From an uncultured Pelagibacteraceae bacterium (GTDB lineage Bacteria; Pseudomonadota; Alphaproteobacteria; Pelagibacterales; Pelagibacteraceae): 64,000 nucleotides of DNA. The stretch is taken from positions 2,628-66,627 of the forward strand of contig CACKXX010000001.1 of NCBI GenBank assembly GCA_902604265.1. Direction: 5' to 3'. The notes under the pieces were generated by a model. It did not search any database. It had not been told where the DNA came from and was given only the letters and a program-made list of their open reading frames with translations. The position numbers and the translations under genes are program-made. This document shows positions 34,837 to 43,103 of the stretch, piece after piece. How positions within the stretch are numbered: the first letter of the stretch is position 1; every line of letters begins with the position of its first letter.

Positions 34837-35162
34837 TGACATATATAGTTAATGAAAAATGTATTAAATGTAAGTTAATGGACTGTGTAGAGGTGTGTCC
34901 AGTAGATTGCTTTTATGAAGGAAAAAATATGCTTGTAATTAAACCAGATGAGTGTATAGATTGTGGCGTTTGTGAACCAGAATGTCCAATAGACGCAATA
35001 GTTCCGGACACAGAAGATGGAAACGAGAAGTGGTTAGAAGTAAACAAAAAATATTCAGAAATTTGGCCCAATATAACTGTAAAAAAAGATCCACCACAAG
35101 ATAGCAATAAATTTAAAGATGAAAAAAATAAATTTGAAAAATATTTTAAAGAAAACCTTTAA
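34836..35162 (+). CDS. fdxA: 7Fe ferredoxin
   Basis: [18 protein letters not shown] and [13 protein letters not shown]. Confidence 0.95.
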   Translation: MTYIVNEKCIKCKLMDCVEVCPVDCFYEGKNMLVIKPDECIDCGVCEPECPIDAIVPDTEDGNEKWLEVNKKYSEIWPNITVKKDPPQDSNKFKDEKNKFEKYFKENL

Positions 35163-35943
35163 AAAAAAAAAAGTTAAAAAGAATAAAATAATCAAAAAAG
35201 TTGATAAGAAAAAGATAAAAAAAAAAATTATTAAAACTAAAAAGATAAAAAAAAAAATAAAGAAGATATCAAGAGAAAATAAAACTGTTAGTGCTCAGGA
35301 AAATAAACAAAGTAATCTTAAGGTTATAAAAAGTACAGACCAAAAGCCTGAAATAAAAAAAATTAAAAACCAAGGAACAGAAAAAAAAGATTTTAAAGTA
35401 AAAGATTATGTGGTGTATCCAAAACATGGAGTTGGACAAATAACGGAAATTAAGAAAATAAATATAGGTAGTATTAATGTAGAAGCCTATATTCTTAAAT
35501 TTGAAAAGGACAAGGCTAGTGGGATGGTTCCTATAAATAAACAATTACATTTAAGGCCTCTTGCTTCAGTAAATCAATTAAACAAATGTATTAGTATTTT
35601 AAAAAGTAAACCAAAAATAAAAAGATCGATGTGGAGTAGAAGAGCTCAAGAATATGAAGCTAAAATTTCTTCAGGTAAAATTTATGATCTTGCTGAAGTT
35701 GTTAGAGATTTAAATAAAGGTGACGATCTAATGGTTGATCAATCCTATAGTGAAAGACAATTGTTTGAAAAAGCCTATGAAAGATTATTGTCTGAGTTTC
35801 AAATTATATTAGGTATAACTACTGAAGATACACAAAAAAAACTTGATAAGGCATTAAAAAGAAATATTGAATCTCAAGCTCCAAAACCTATTCCTCCAGC
35901 GGAAAGTGAAACGACGCAAGAATTAGAAGAAACAACGGAATAA
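35119..35943 (+). CDS. carD: CarD/CdnL-family RNA polymerase-binding regulator with Lys-rich N-terminal extension
   Basis: [13 protein letters not shown]-interacting domain, MWSRRAQEY (conserved Trp), AEVVRDL and QSYSER. Confidence 0.9.
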   Translation: MKKINLKNILKKTFKKKKVKKNKIIKKVDKKKIKKKIIKTKKIKKKIKKISRENKTVSAQENKQSNLKVIKSTDQKPEIKKIKNQGTEKKDFKVKDYVVYPKHGVGQITEIKKINIGSINVEAYILKFEKDKASGMVPINKQLHLRPLASVNQLNKCISILKSKPKIKRSMWSRRAQEYEAKISSGKIYDLAEVVRDLNKGDDLMVDQSYSERQLFEKAYERLLSEFQIILGITTEDTQKKLDKALKRNIESQAPKPIPPAESETTQELEETTE

Positions 35944-35978
35944 AAAAACGCTTCTCACAACATTGTCATGAGAAGCGT
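35942..35978 (-). terminator. Intrinsic terminator (possibly bidirectional) between carD and the small basic ORF
   Basis: Perfect 10-bp stem ACGCTTCTCA (35948-57) / TGAGAAGCGT (35969-78). The A-run at 35942-48 gives a U-tract on the minus strand. Confidence 0.85.
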
Positions 35979-36001
35979 AATTTATTAAAAAGAATACTAA
36001 T

Positions 36002-36076
36002 TTATCTTCTTCTTCTTCTTTTCTTAGCTTTTTTCTTAGTTTTCTTTTTAGCAGCTTTTTTTCTTCTTTTAGCCAT
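36002..36076 (-). CDS. 24-aa Lys/Arg-rich peptide MAKRRKKAAKKKTKKKAKKRRRRR
   Basis: Translated by hand. GGGAG SD lies 6 nt upstream, with its own promoter and terminator. Confidence 0.8.
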   Translation of the reverse strand: MAKRRKKAAKKKTKKKAKKRRRRR

Positions 36077-36125
36077 CTTTAGCTCCCTTTTTTTTACGAA
36101 TCTTTATGATTCGTTTCTTATCCTT

Positions 36126-36154
36126 TTTTTATTTTTTTTAAGAAGTTATGTCAA
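36126..36154 (-). promoter_or_regulatory. Putative sigma70 promoter for the small basic ORF (TTGACA-17-TAAAAA)
   Basis: Perfect -35 TTGACA at 36154-36149, 17-nt spacer, TAAAAA at 36131-36126. Hairpin ACGAATC/GATTCGT (36096-36114) lies just downstream of the predicted TSS. Confidence 0.7.
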
Positions 36155-36265
36155 ATATTTAATTTTTGATAAAAATAATTAAAAATTATTTTTTATATTA
36201 TTTTTTTAAACAATGAAAAAAAGTTAAGTAAATTGCGAATAATAAACTGTTTTAAAAAAATAAAT

Positions 36266-37969
36266 TTAGTAAAGTTTTTCAAAATTATTTTTATATTTTT
36301 GTATAATTTTATATCTTTTTAACTTTAAAGTTGGAGTTAACATTCCATTTTCAATTGAAAATTTTTCATTAATCGTAAAATATTTTTTAATATTTTCTAT
36401 TTTAGATAATTTTTTATTAATTTTTTCTATTTCAAATTTAATTTCTTCATCTGTTGATGATTTTTTTTCTTCATTAAGAACTAATAATGCAACCAGAAAT
36501 GGTTTATTATCACCATAAACAATTGACTGTTCAAATAAATCAGAATTAACCAATTCATTTTCAATTTTTATAGGTGAAATGTTATCTCCTCCAGGAGTAA
36601 TTATTATATCTTTTTTTCTATCTGTTATTTTTAAATAATTATTTTCAAAAACTCCTACGTCTCCAGTATGAAGCCATCCGTTTTTTAAAACTTTTTCTGT
36701 TTCCTTTTGGTTGTTCCAGTATCCAAGCATTACATTTTCACCTTTGACAAGTATTTCACCGTCTTCTGCAATTTTAACCTCATTTCCTTTAAATGGAGGA
36801 CCAACAGTTTCAACTCGTATATCATTTATAGGATTACAACTAACAACTGGAGAAGTTTCGGTAAGCCCATATCCTTGCAAAGTTGGCAATCCGATAGCAT
36901 TGAGAAAAAAACCAACTTTTTTATCTAAAGCTCCTCCTCCAGAAACAAAGGTTTTGAGAGAACCTCCAAATTGGGACTTTATTTTTTTTCTAACAATTTT
37001 ATCTAAAACACTATCCTGTATTTTTTCTATAAAATTTAGTGGTTCTTTTTGGATTTTTTTTAGTCCCAAATTTAACATTTTTTTAATTAAAATTTTTTTT
37101 AATCCAGTTGCCTTATTAAAACTAGCATTTATCTTTTGATAAAGATTTTGATAAAATCTTGGAACAGCTGTCATAATTTCAGGGCTACAATCATTCATAT
37201 TTTTAATTAATTTTTCGATACTTTCGGCATAGAATATTCTTGCAGCTACAGTTATTTGAACAAATTGAACTGTATGTTCATAAGAATGAGATAAAGGTAA
37301 CCAGGTTAAAAATCTAGTTTGATCATTTGTGATAAGAGGTTTTATAATTTCAATTGCACCTTCACAATTATTTAAAATTCCACCATGACTTAATATTACT
37401 CCTTTGGGATTTCCTTGTGTACCAGATGTATAGATAATGCATGCTGGATCTTTTCGTGTAATTTTTGTTTCAAAACTATTTGAAATATTTGAATTTAAAA
37501 TTAAATCATTAATATTAATATATTCATCTTTATTTTTTTCCTCTAGCTTTTCAAATGAAAATATTTTTTTTACAAAATCTTTACTTTTAATTATATTTTT
37601 AATTTTATTAAATTGTTCTTTATTTGAAACAAAAATCACTGAAGGTGTACAATCGCTAATTATATATTCATAATCTCTTTCAGCATATGTTGTGTATGCA
37701 GGAACTGTTATTGAATCTGCTAACATTATTGAAAGATCAGAGATAAACCATTCTGGTCTATTCTCTGAAATCAATAAGCATCTGTCACCTTTATTTACAT
37801 ATTTTTTTAATTCACTTGAAAGATTATTGATTGACTCAAATGTTTGTTTCCAACTATAATTTTTTCCAAGCTCTCTAAGAGAAGATAATAATATTTTATT
37901 TTTATCTTTTTGTTTTTCATACTGACAAAAAAATAATTCAGGTAAGTTATTTATTTTTTTTAAATCCAT
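36266..37969 (-). CDS. Long-chain fatty acid-CoA ligase (AMP-binding)
   Basis: IIYTSGTQGNPKG, LPLSHSYE, QGYGLTETSP, GWLHTGD and TPTLKLKR. Confidence 0.92.
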   Translation of the reverse strand: MDLKKINNLPELFFCQYEKQKDKNKILLSSLRELGKNYSWKQTFESINNLSSELKKYVNKGDRCLLISENRPEWFISDLSIMLADSITVPAYTTYAERDYEYIISDCTPSVIFVSNKEQFNKIKNIIKSKDFVKKIFSFEKLEEKNKDEYININDLILNSNISNSFETKITRKDPACIIYTSGTQGNPKGVILSHGGILNNCEGAIEIIKPLITNDQTRFLTWLPLSHSYEHTVQFVQITVAARIFYAESIEKLIKNMNDCSPEIMTAVPRFYQNLYQKINASFNKATGLKKILIKKMLNLGLKKIQKEPLNFIEKIQDSVLDKIVRKKIKSQFGGSLKTFVSGGGALDKKVGFFLNAIGLPTLQGYGLTETSPVVSCNPINDIRVETVGPPFKGNEVKIAEDGEILVKGENVMLGYWNNQKETEKVLKNGWLHTGDVGVFENNYLKITDRKKDIIITPGGDNISPIKIENELVNSDLFEQSIVYGDNKPFLVALLVLNEEKKSSTDEEIKFEIEKINKKLSKIENIKKYFTINEKFSIENGMLTPTLKLKRYKIIQKYKNNFEKLY

Positions 37970-37976
37970 ATTTTAT

Positions 37977-38063
37977 TGGTGGGCAAAGAGAGAATCGAAC
38001 TCTCACAGTATTGCTACTATTGGATTTTGAGTCCAACGCGTCTACCAGTTCCGCCATTCGCCC
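37977..38063 (-). tRNA. tRNA-Leu(CAA)
   Basis: Reverse complement GGGCGAA...TTGGA-CTCAAAA-TCCAA, variable arm, GTTCGATTC, CCA; 87 nt. Confidence 0.96.
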
Positions 38064-38130
38064 TAATTTAATTGTCATTATTTTGTTTTAAAATAATAGT
38101 ATAAGAAGAATTATTGTATTAAAAGAAAAT

Positions 38131-38736
38131 ATGTTCAAGAACCTTTATTTAAAATCAATTAAATTAGCAGGCCATAAAAGCTCAAAGTTTTTTTTAGGTT
38201 TTATTTCATTCATAGAAAGTTTTATATTCCCAATCCCACCTGATGTAATAATTATTCCTATGACGATTGCAAAAAAAGAAGAGTGGATTAAAATTGCTTT
38301 AATAGCTACAATCGGTTCTGTTCTGGGAGCTTGCTTAGGGTATTTTATTGGTTATGTTTTTTTTAATGAAATTGGATTAAAAATTTTTGAATTTTATAAT
38401 GTAGATCCATCTTTTTGGAAAAACAAAGTTTCATCTGAAGGTGGAGTAATTGCTTGGATAACTTTGTTAGCAATAGCTGGATTTTCTCCTGTACCTTTTA
38501 AACTTTTAACTATTACTAGTGGATTTGTGAATTTTAATTTAGCATATTTTATTATTGTTGCTTTTTTAACTAGAGGTTTAAGATTTTTTTTAATTGCATT
38601 TTTAATTGGAAATTTTGGCCATACAATGAAATTATTAATTGAAAAAAAGTTATTAAAAATAAGTATGATTTTTTCTGTAATTATAATAATTTTTGCTTAT
38701 TTAATTTACATATTTTTAAATAATTTTTTAGCATAA
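38131..38736 (+). CDS. YqaA/DedA (VTT domain) membrane protein
   Basis: SFIESFIFPIPPDV, GSVLG-GYFIG and GFSPVPFK. Confidence 0.88.
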   Translation: MFKNLYLKSIKLAGHKSSKFFLGFISFIESFIFPIPPDVIIIPMTIAKKEEWIKIALIATIGSVLGACLGYFIGYVFFNEIGLKIFEFYNVDPSFWKNKVSSEGGVIAWITLLAIAGFSPVPFKLLTITSGFVNFNLAYFIIVAFLTRGLRFFLIAFLIGNFGHTMKLLIEKKLLKISMIFSVIIIIFAYLIYIFLNNFLA

Positions 38737-38740
38737 TTTG

Positions 38741-39244
38741 ATGAATAAAATTTTTGAAATTAAAAATTTTTATACAATAATTTTTATTATTTCCTTACTT
38801 TCACTGTTAATAGCATTGTATATTGAATTTTTTTTAGATTATAAACCATGCAAATTATGCATTTATCAAAGAATACCATATTTAATTGCAATTTTTATAA
38901 CTTTCTTTGGCAGAACTTATTTGAAAAGTTTGATTTGGTTATATGCTTTATTATTAACTTTTTTTTCAAGTTTTTTACTTTCAGGATATCATTTTGGTAT
39001 AGAGCAGGAAATATTTAGAGAATTTTCAGGATGCACTGGAGATTCAATTGGTATTATAGATAAAAACGAACTACTAAAATTACTAAATTCAGAGGTAAAT
39101 AGTTGTAAAAATGTTGATTTTCGAATTTTTGGTTTATCTCTTGCGACAATAAACTTTTTGTTATCTTTTTTAATTTTTATATTAATTTTGAAAGTAGTTA
39201 AGAATGAAAAAAACAAACAAAAAAAAATTAGAAGAATTTATTAG
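38741..39244 (+). CDS. dsbB: Disulfide bond formation protein B
   Basis: PCKLCIYQRIPY motif, second Cys pair and TM helices. Confidence 0.88.
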   Translation: MNKIFEIKNFYTIIFIISLLSLLIALYIEFFLDYKPCKLCIYQRIPYLIAIFITFFGRTYLKSLIWLYALLLTFFSSFLLSGYHFGIEQEIFREFSGCTGDSIGIIDKNELLKLLNSEVNSCKNVDFRIFGLSLATINFLLSFLIFILILKVVKNEKNKQKKIRRIY

Positions 39245-39737
39245 AGTTGATCATGCAGGAGAGAGGGGTGCAATTAAAATTTATGAAGGACAGCTCTTAG
39301 CCTTAAAAACTGTAGTAAAAAATGATGAATTAAAAAATAAAATTGAAGAAATGCAAATCCATGAAAAAGAACATTGTGATTATTTTGAAAAAGAAATTAA
39401 AAAAAGAAATATTGAACCTACAAAATTTCTACCTTTATGGGATCTATTAGGTGTTGGGCTTGGTTTTGGATCTACTATAGCTGGAAAAAAAGCAGCTATG
39501 TTGTGCACCGCATCAGTTGAGGAAGTAATTGATGAACACTATCAAAATCAAATTAATCAATTAGAAAATGATGAGAAGGTTCTTAAAAGCAAAATAATCA
39601 AGTTTAGAAATGATGAACTTCATCACAAAGATATAGCATATGAAGAAGGAGCAACCAAAGATGGACTTTACTCAATAATGGACAAAATTATCAAAATTGG
39701 ATCAAAAATTGCAATTCGTATTTCAGAGAAAGTTTAA
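39204..39737 (+). CDS. coq7: Demethoxyubiquinone hydroxylase (di-iron)
   Basis: IRVDHAGERGA-IY-GQ, EKEH, VEEVIDEHY and DELHH. Confidence 0.95.
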   Translation: MKKTNKKKLEEFIRVDHAGERGAIKIYEGQLLALKTVVKNDELKNKIEEMQIHEKEHCDYFEKEIKKRNIEPTKFLPLWDLLGVGLGFGSTIAGKKAAMLCTASVEEVIDEHYQNQINQLENDEKVLKSKIIKFRNDELHHKDIAYEEGATKDGLYSIMDKIIKIGSKIAIRISEKV

Positions 39738-40307
39738 TTAAGGTTCTAGCTCGACATCCCAGTATAAATAATCTATCCAGCTTTTATGCAGAAAATTTGG
39801 TGGAAAATTTTTTCCATTTTTATGCAAATCCTCTGTTGTTGGTTGATATGGTTTTTGATTTAAAGTCATACCAGAAAATTTAAGCAAACGACCTCCTTTT
39901 CGAACATTGCAGGCTGAACAAGCTGTTACTACGTTGTGCCAGTCAGTTTTTCCACCTTTTGATCTTGGAAGCAAATGGTCAAATGTTAAATCTTTTTTAT
40001 CTCCACAGTACTGACATGAAAATTTATCTCTTAAGAAAACATTAAATCTTGTAAAGTTTGGATTTGTTTGAGGTCTAATATAACTTTTTAAAGCAATTAC
40101 ACTTGGTAATTTCATACTAAATGATGGACTTCTAATTATCCTATCATAATAACTTACTATTGATACTCTATCTAAAAAAACTGATTTTATTGAGTCCTGC
40201 CAACTCCATAAAGAAAGTGGATAATAACTTAAAGGCCTATAGTCTGCATTTAAAACAAGTGCAGGAAATTTTTCTAAAGATGTAATAGTATCAAAAGAGT
40301 TATTCAT
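39738..40307 (-). CDS. HNH endonuclease (conserved alphaproteobacterial type)
   Basis: LVLNADYRPLS, RDKFSCQYCG, LTFDHLLPRSKGG and NVVTACSACN. Confidence 0.9.
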   Translation of the reverse strand: MNNSFDTITSLEKFPALVLNADYRPLSYYPLSLWSWQDSIKSVFLDRVSIVSYYDRIIRSPSFSMKLPSVIALKSYIRPQTNPNFTRFNVFLRDKFSCQYCGDKKDLTFDHLLPRSKGGKTDWHNVVTACSACNVRKGGRLLKFSGMTLNQKPYQPTTEDLHKNGKNFPPNFLHKSWIDYLYWDVELEP

Positions 40308-40369
40308 CAGCTAAGACTAGCTTAATTATTTTTATTAATCAATGGTACAAAATATTTGTTAAAAATTTA

Positions 40370-41023
40370 TTAAATATATAAGTTTTTTTTTATATAATTT
40401 AATGCAATACTTGAAGCTTCTATTGGAATATGGTGACCACAATTTTCTATCATTTTTGTTTCAATATTTACTTTATGTCTCATTAGAAAGTCTTTTGCTT
40501 CAAGTAAACGACTTGGTGGAACAACATCATCTCGATCACCATGAATCAAAAGCATTTTTGTTCTAGATTTAATTCTTTTAGAAATATTGTTTTCATCAAT
40601 TATTTTTCCTGAAAACCCTACAATACAATTATAATTTTCTTCTGAAATTAAACCAAGATTTATAGACATCATACAACCTTGACTAAATCCTGAAATACAA
40701 ATTTTATTATTATTTAAATTATATTCTGACTTAATTTCATTAATAAAAAAATTTAATTTTTTTTCTGCCTTAAATGTTTCTTCAAGAGTATAAACTGGAT
40801 CATCTTTCTGTAAATCAAACCACTGAAAACCATTTGGATTAATTGGACATGTTTCATGTCCATTAGGACATATAAATATTGTTTCAGGTAGAAATCTTTT
40901 CCAATTTAATGTCACGGCACTTATATCATTGCCATCTCCTCCATAACCATGGAGTAAAATTATAGCATTTATAATATTATTACTTTCTGGTTTTATAATT
41001 TTTGTATCTAAACTAAATTTCAT
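40370..41023 (-). CDS. Phospholipase/carboxylesterase
   Basis: LHGYGGDG, GFSQG, HGDRDDVVP and GHHI. Confidence 0.88.
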   Translation of the reverse strand: MKFSLDTKIIKPESNNIINAIILLHGYGGDGNDISAVTLNWKRFLPETIFICPNGHETCPINPNGFQWFDLQKDDPVYTLEETFKAEKKLNFFINEIKSEYNLNNNKICISGFSQGCMMSINLGLISEENYNCIVGFSGKIIDENNISKRIKSRTKMLLIHGDRDDVVPPSRLLEAKDFLMRHKVNIETKMIENCGHHIPIEASSIALNYIKKNLYI

Positions 41024-41035
41024 AAGTAAAAATTT

Positions 41036-41566
41036 TCAATCATATTTTTTAAGCCATTTAATAATATTTTCATCATCAAAATTCACAAATCCTATTACTC
41101 GAGCAAACTCTTCGCCTTGCTTATTTATAAATACTGTAGTTGGCAGTCCTCTTAACAAAAATTTTTTTGCTAGTTCAACGTCTTTATCAAAATATATTTT
41201 TAAATCATTTATTTTTAATTTTTTATAAAAATCCTTTGTTTTGGCAATATTATCTTTTCCAACATTAATAGGTATTATTTCCAAATTATTAAAAATTGGG
41301 TTTGTTTTTAACCTATTTAAAGATGGCATTTCTTCAATACATGGGGCACACCATGTTGCCCAAAAATTTATAATAATTAGCGAATTTTCAAAACTGTTTA
41401 GATTAATTGTTTCGTTGTTAACGTTTTTAAAATTTATTTTTTCAAGTTTTTTTGGATTTTTATGTATAACTAAATTCTTTAAATTTAGCTCTTGTATTGC
41501 ATAAGATGAGCTTGATGATATTAGATATATAAAAACTAAAATAAATTTTAATGTTAATAATTTCAT
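41036..41566 (-). CDS. tlpA: TlpA-family thiol:disulfide oxidoreductase
   Basis: NFWATWCAPC-EMPSL and GLPTT. Start reassigned to MKLLTLKF (41566) to avoid overlapping argH. Confidence 0.88.
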   Translation of the reverse strand: MKLLTLKFILVFIYLISSSSSYAIQELNLKNLVIHKNPKKLEKINFKNVNNETINLNSFENSLIIINFWATWCAPCIEEMPSLNRLKTNPIFNNLEIIPINVGKDNIAKTKDFYKKLKINDLKIYFDKDVELAKKFLLRGLPTTVFINKQGEEFARVIGFVNFDDENIIKWLKKYD

Positions 41567-41589
41567 TCTAAAAGGTATAGTTACATAAC

Positions 41590-42984
41590 ATGGTACAAAA
41601 TAAAAACAATAAAGCTGTTTGGAATACAAGAATAAAGAAAGATACATCAAGAATTTTTAAAAAAGTTGGTAGCTCAATTAGTGTAGATAAAAGATTATTT
41701 AAAGAAGATATCCAGGGATCAATCGCCCATGTTGAAATGCTTTTTAAACAAAAAATTGTATCATTCAAAATTAAAAATAAAATAATTTGGGGTTTAAATA
41801 AGATAAAAAATGAAATTATAAAGAAAAAGTTTAATTTTAATTCTAATCTTGAGGATATTCACATAAATATAGAAAATAGATTATTTGAAATTATTGGAGA
41901 AGATGCAGGGTATATTCACACAGGAAGATCAAGAAATGATCAGGTGATTACTGATCTTAAGCTATGGTTAAGAAGTTCAACTGTTAAAATTCTTAATCAG
42001 CTGAATAATCTAATAAAAATTATTATAAAAGATTCTGAAAAAAATGTTAAAACTATAATGCCAGGTTTTACACATTTAAAAAATGCTCAACCTATTTCAT
42101 TTGCCCATTATTTATTAGCCTACGTCGAAATGTTTAATAGAGACAAGAAAAGATTTCAAAATAATTTAGAAAATTTATCAGAAAACCCTCTGGGAGTTGC
42201 TGCACTTGCAGGAACAAATTTTAACATTGATAGAAACTATACTTCAAAAAAGCTTAAATTTAAAAATCCAACAAATAATTCAATTGATACTGTCTCGGAT
42301 AGAGATTTTGTACTAGATTTTTTATATTCTGTATCAGTTTGTTCTATACACATATCTAGAATGGCAGAAGAATTTATTATATGGAATTCTGATGCTTTTG
42401 GATTAATTAAGCTAAATGATAAGGTTGTGACAGGATCATCTATAATGCCTCAAAAAAAAAATCCTGATCCATTAGAATATTTAAGAGGAAAAACAGGAAG
42501 TAGTTTTGGTAATTTATTTTCTATGCTTACTATTTTAAAAGGATTGCCACTTTCTTATTTCAAAGATTTGCAAGATGATAAAGAATTAGTTTTTAATTCT
42601 TATGATCAAATAAAAAATTCAATTTTAATCCTTTCAGAAATATTAAAAAATTTTACTCCAAACAAAAAAAGAATGCTTGAATTAGCAAATATCGGTTACA
42701 CCACATCAACAGATTTAGCAGATTATATTGTCATATCTTATGGCTTGCCATTCAGAAAAGCGTACAACATAACATCCAAAATTGTAAATTATGCTGAGTC
42801 TAAAAAAATGAGTTTAGATAAATTAACCTTAGAAGAGTTAAAAAAAATTGAACCTAAGCTTAATGAGGATATATTAAAAGTATTTAATTTAAAAAATTCA
42901 ATAAAATCAAAAAAATCATATGGCGGTACTTCTTTTGAAAATATTAAGAAAATGATAAAAAAGTATAAGAAAGAATCAAAATGA
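41590..42984 (+). CDS. argH: Argininosuccinate lyase
   Basis: HTGRSRNDQV, MPGFTHL and TGSSIMPQKKNPD. Confidence 0.97.
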   Translation: MVQNKNNKAVWNTRIKKDTSRIFKKVGSSISVDKRLFKEDIQGSIAHVEMLFKQKIVSFKIKNKIIWGLNKIKNEIIKKKFNFNSNLEDIHINIENRLFEIIGEDAGYIHTGRSRNDQVITDLKLWLRSSTVKILNQLNNLIKIIIKDSEKNVKTIMPGFTHLKNAQPISFAHYLLAYVEMFNRDKKRFQNNLENLSENPLGVAALAGTNFNIDRNYTSKKLKFKNPTNNSIDTVSDRDFVLDFLYSVSVCSIHISRMAEEFIIWNSDAFGLIKLNDKVVTGSSIMPQKKNPDPLEYLRGKTGSSFGNLFSMLTILKGLPLSYFKDLQDDKELVFNSYDQIKNSILILSEILKNFTPNKKRMLELANIGYTTSTDLADYIVISYGLPFRKAYNITSKIVNYAESKKMSLDKLTLEELKKIEPKLNEDILKVFNLKNSIKSKKSYGGTSFENIKKMIKKYKKESK

Positions 42985-43103
42985 CAAAAAAAATTCTATT
43001 AATTATTATGCTTTTTTCTTTTGTTATTTCATGCGGAAAAAAAAGTGAGCCAAAATATAATGAAAGTAAAAATCAATATATTAATCAAATAAAAATAATT
43101 TAA
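42981..43103 (+). CDS. Small lipoprotein, LptM/YifL/LppL-like (40 aa)
   Basis: Hand translation MTKKILLIIMLFSFVISCGKKSEPKY... gives a signal peptide, lipobox VISC and CGKK. It overlaps the argH stop (ATGA) and the lysA start (TAATG). Confidence 0.8.
   Translation: MTKKILLIIMLFSFVISCGKKSEPKYNESKNQYINQIKII

Noticed and set aside
36005-36019. (TCT)5 run as a microsatellite or contingency locus
   Set aside because: It is explained as five AGA Arg codons of the 24-aa peptide on the minus strand.
39738-40307. HNH endonuclease as a mobile element or defence system
   Set aside because: It matches the conserved stand-alone alphaproteobacterial HNH type in a core neighbourhood. No methylase, intron, repeats or integrase are nearby.
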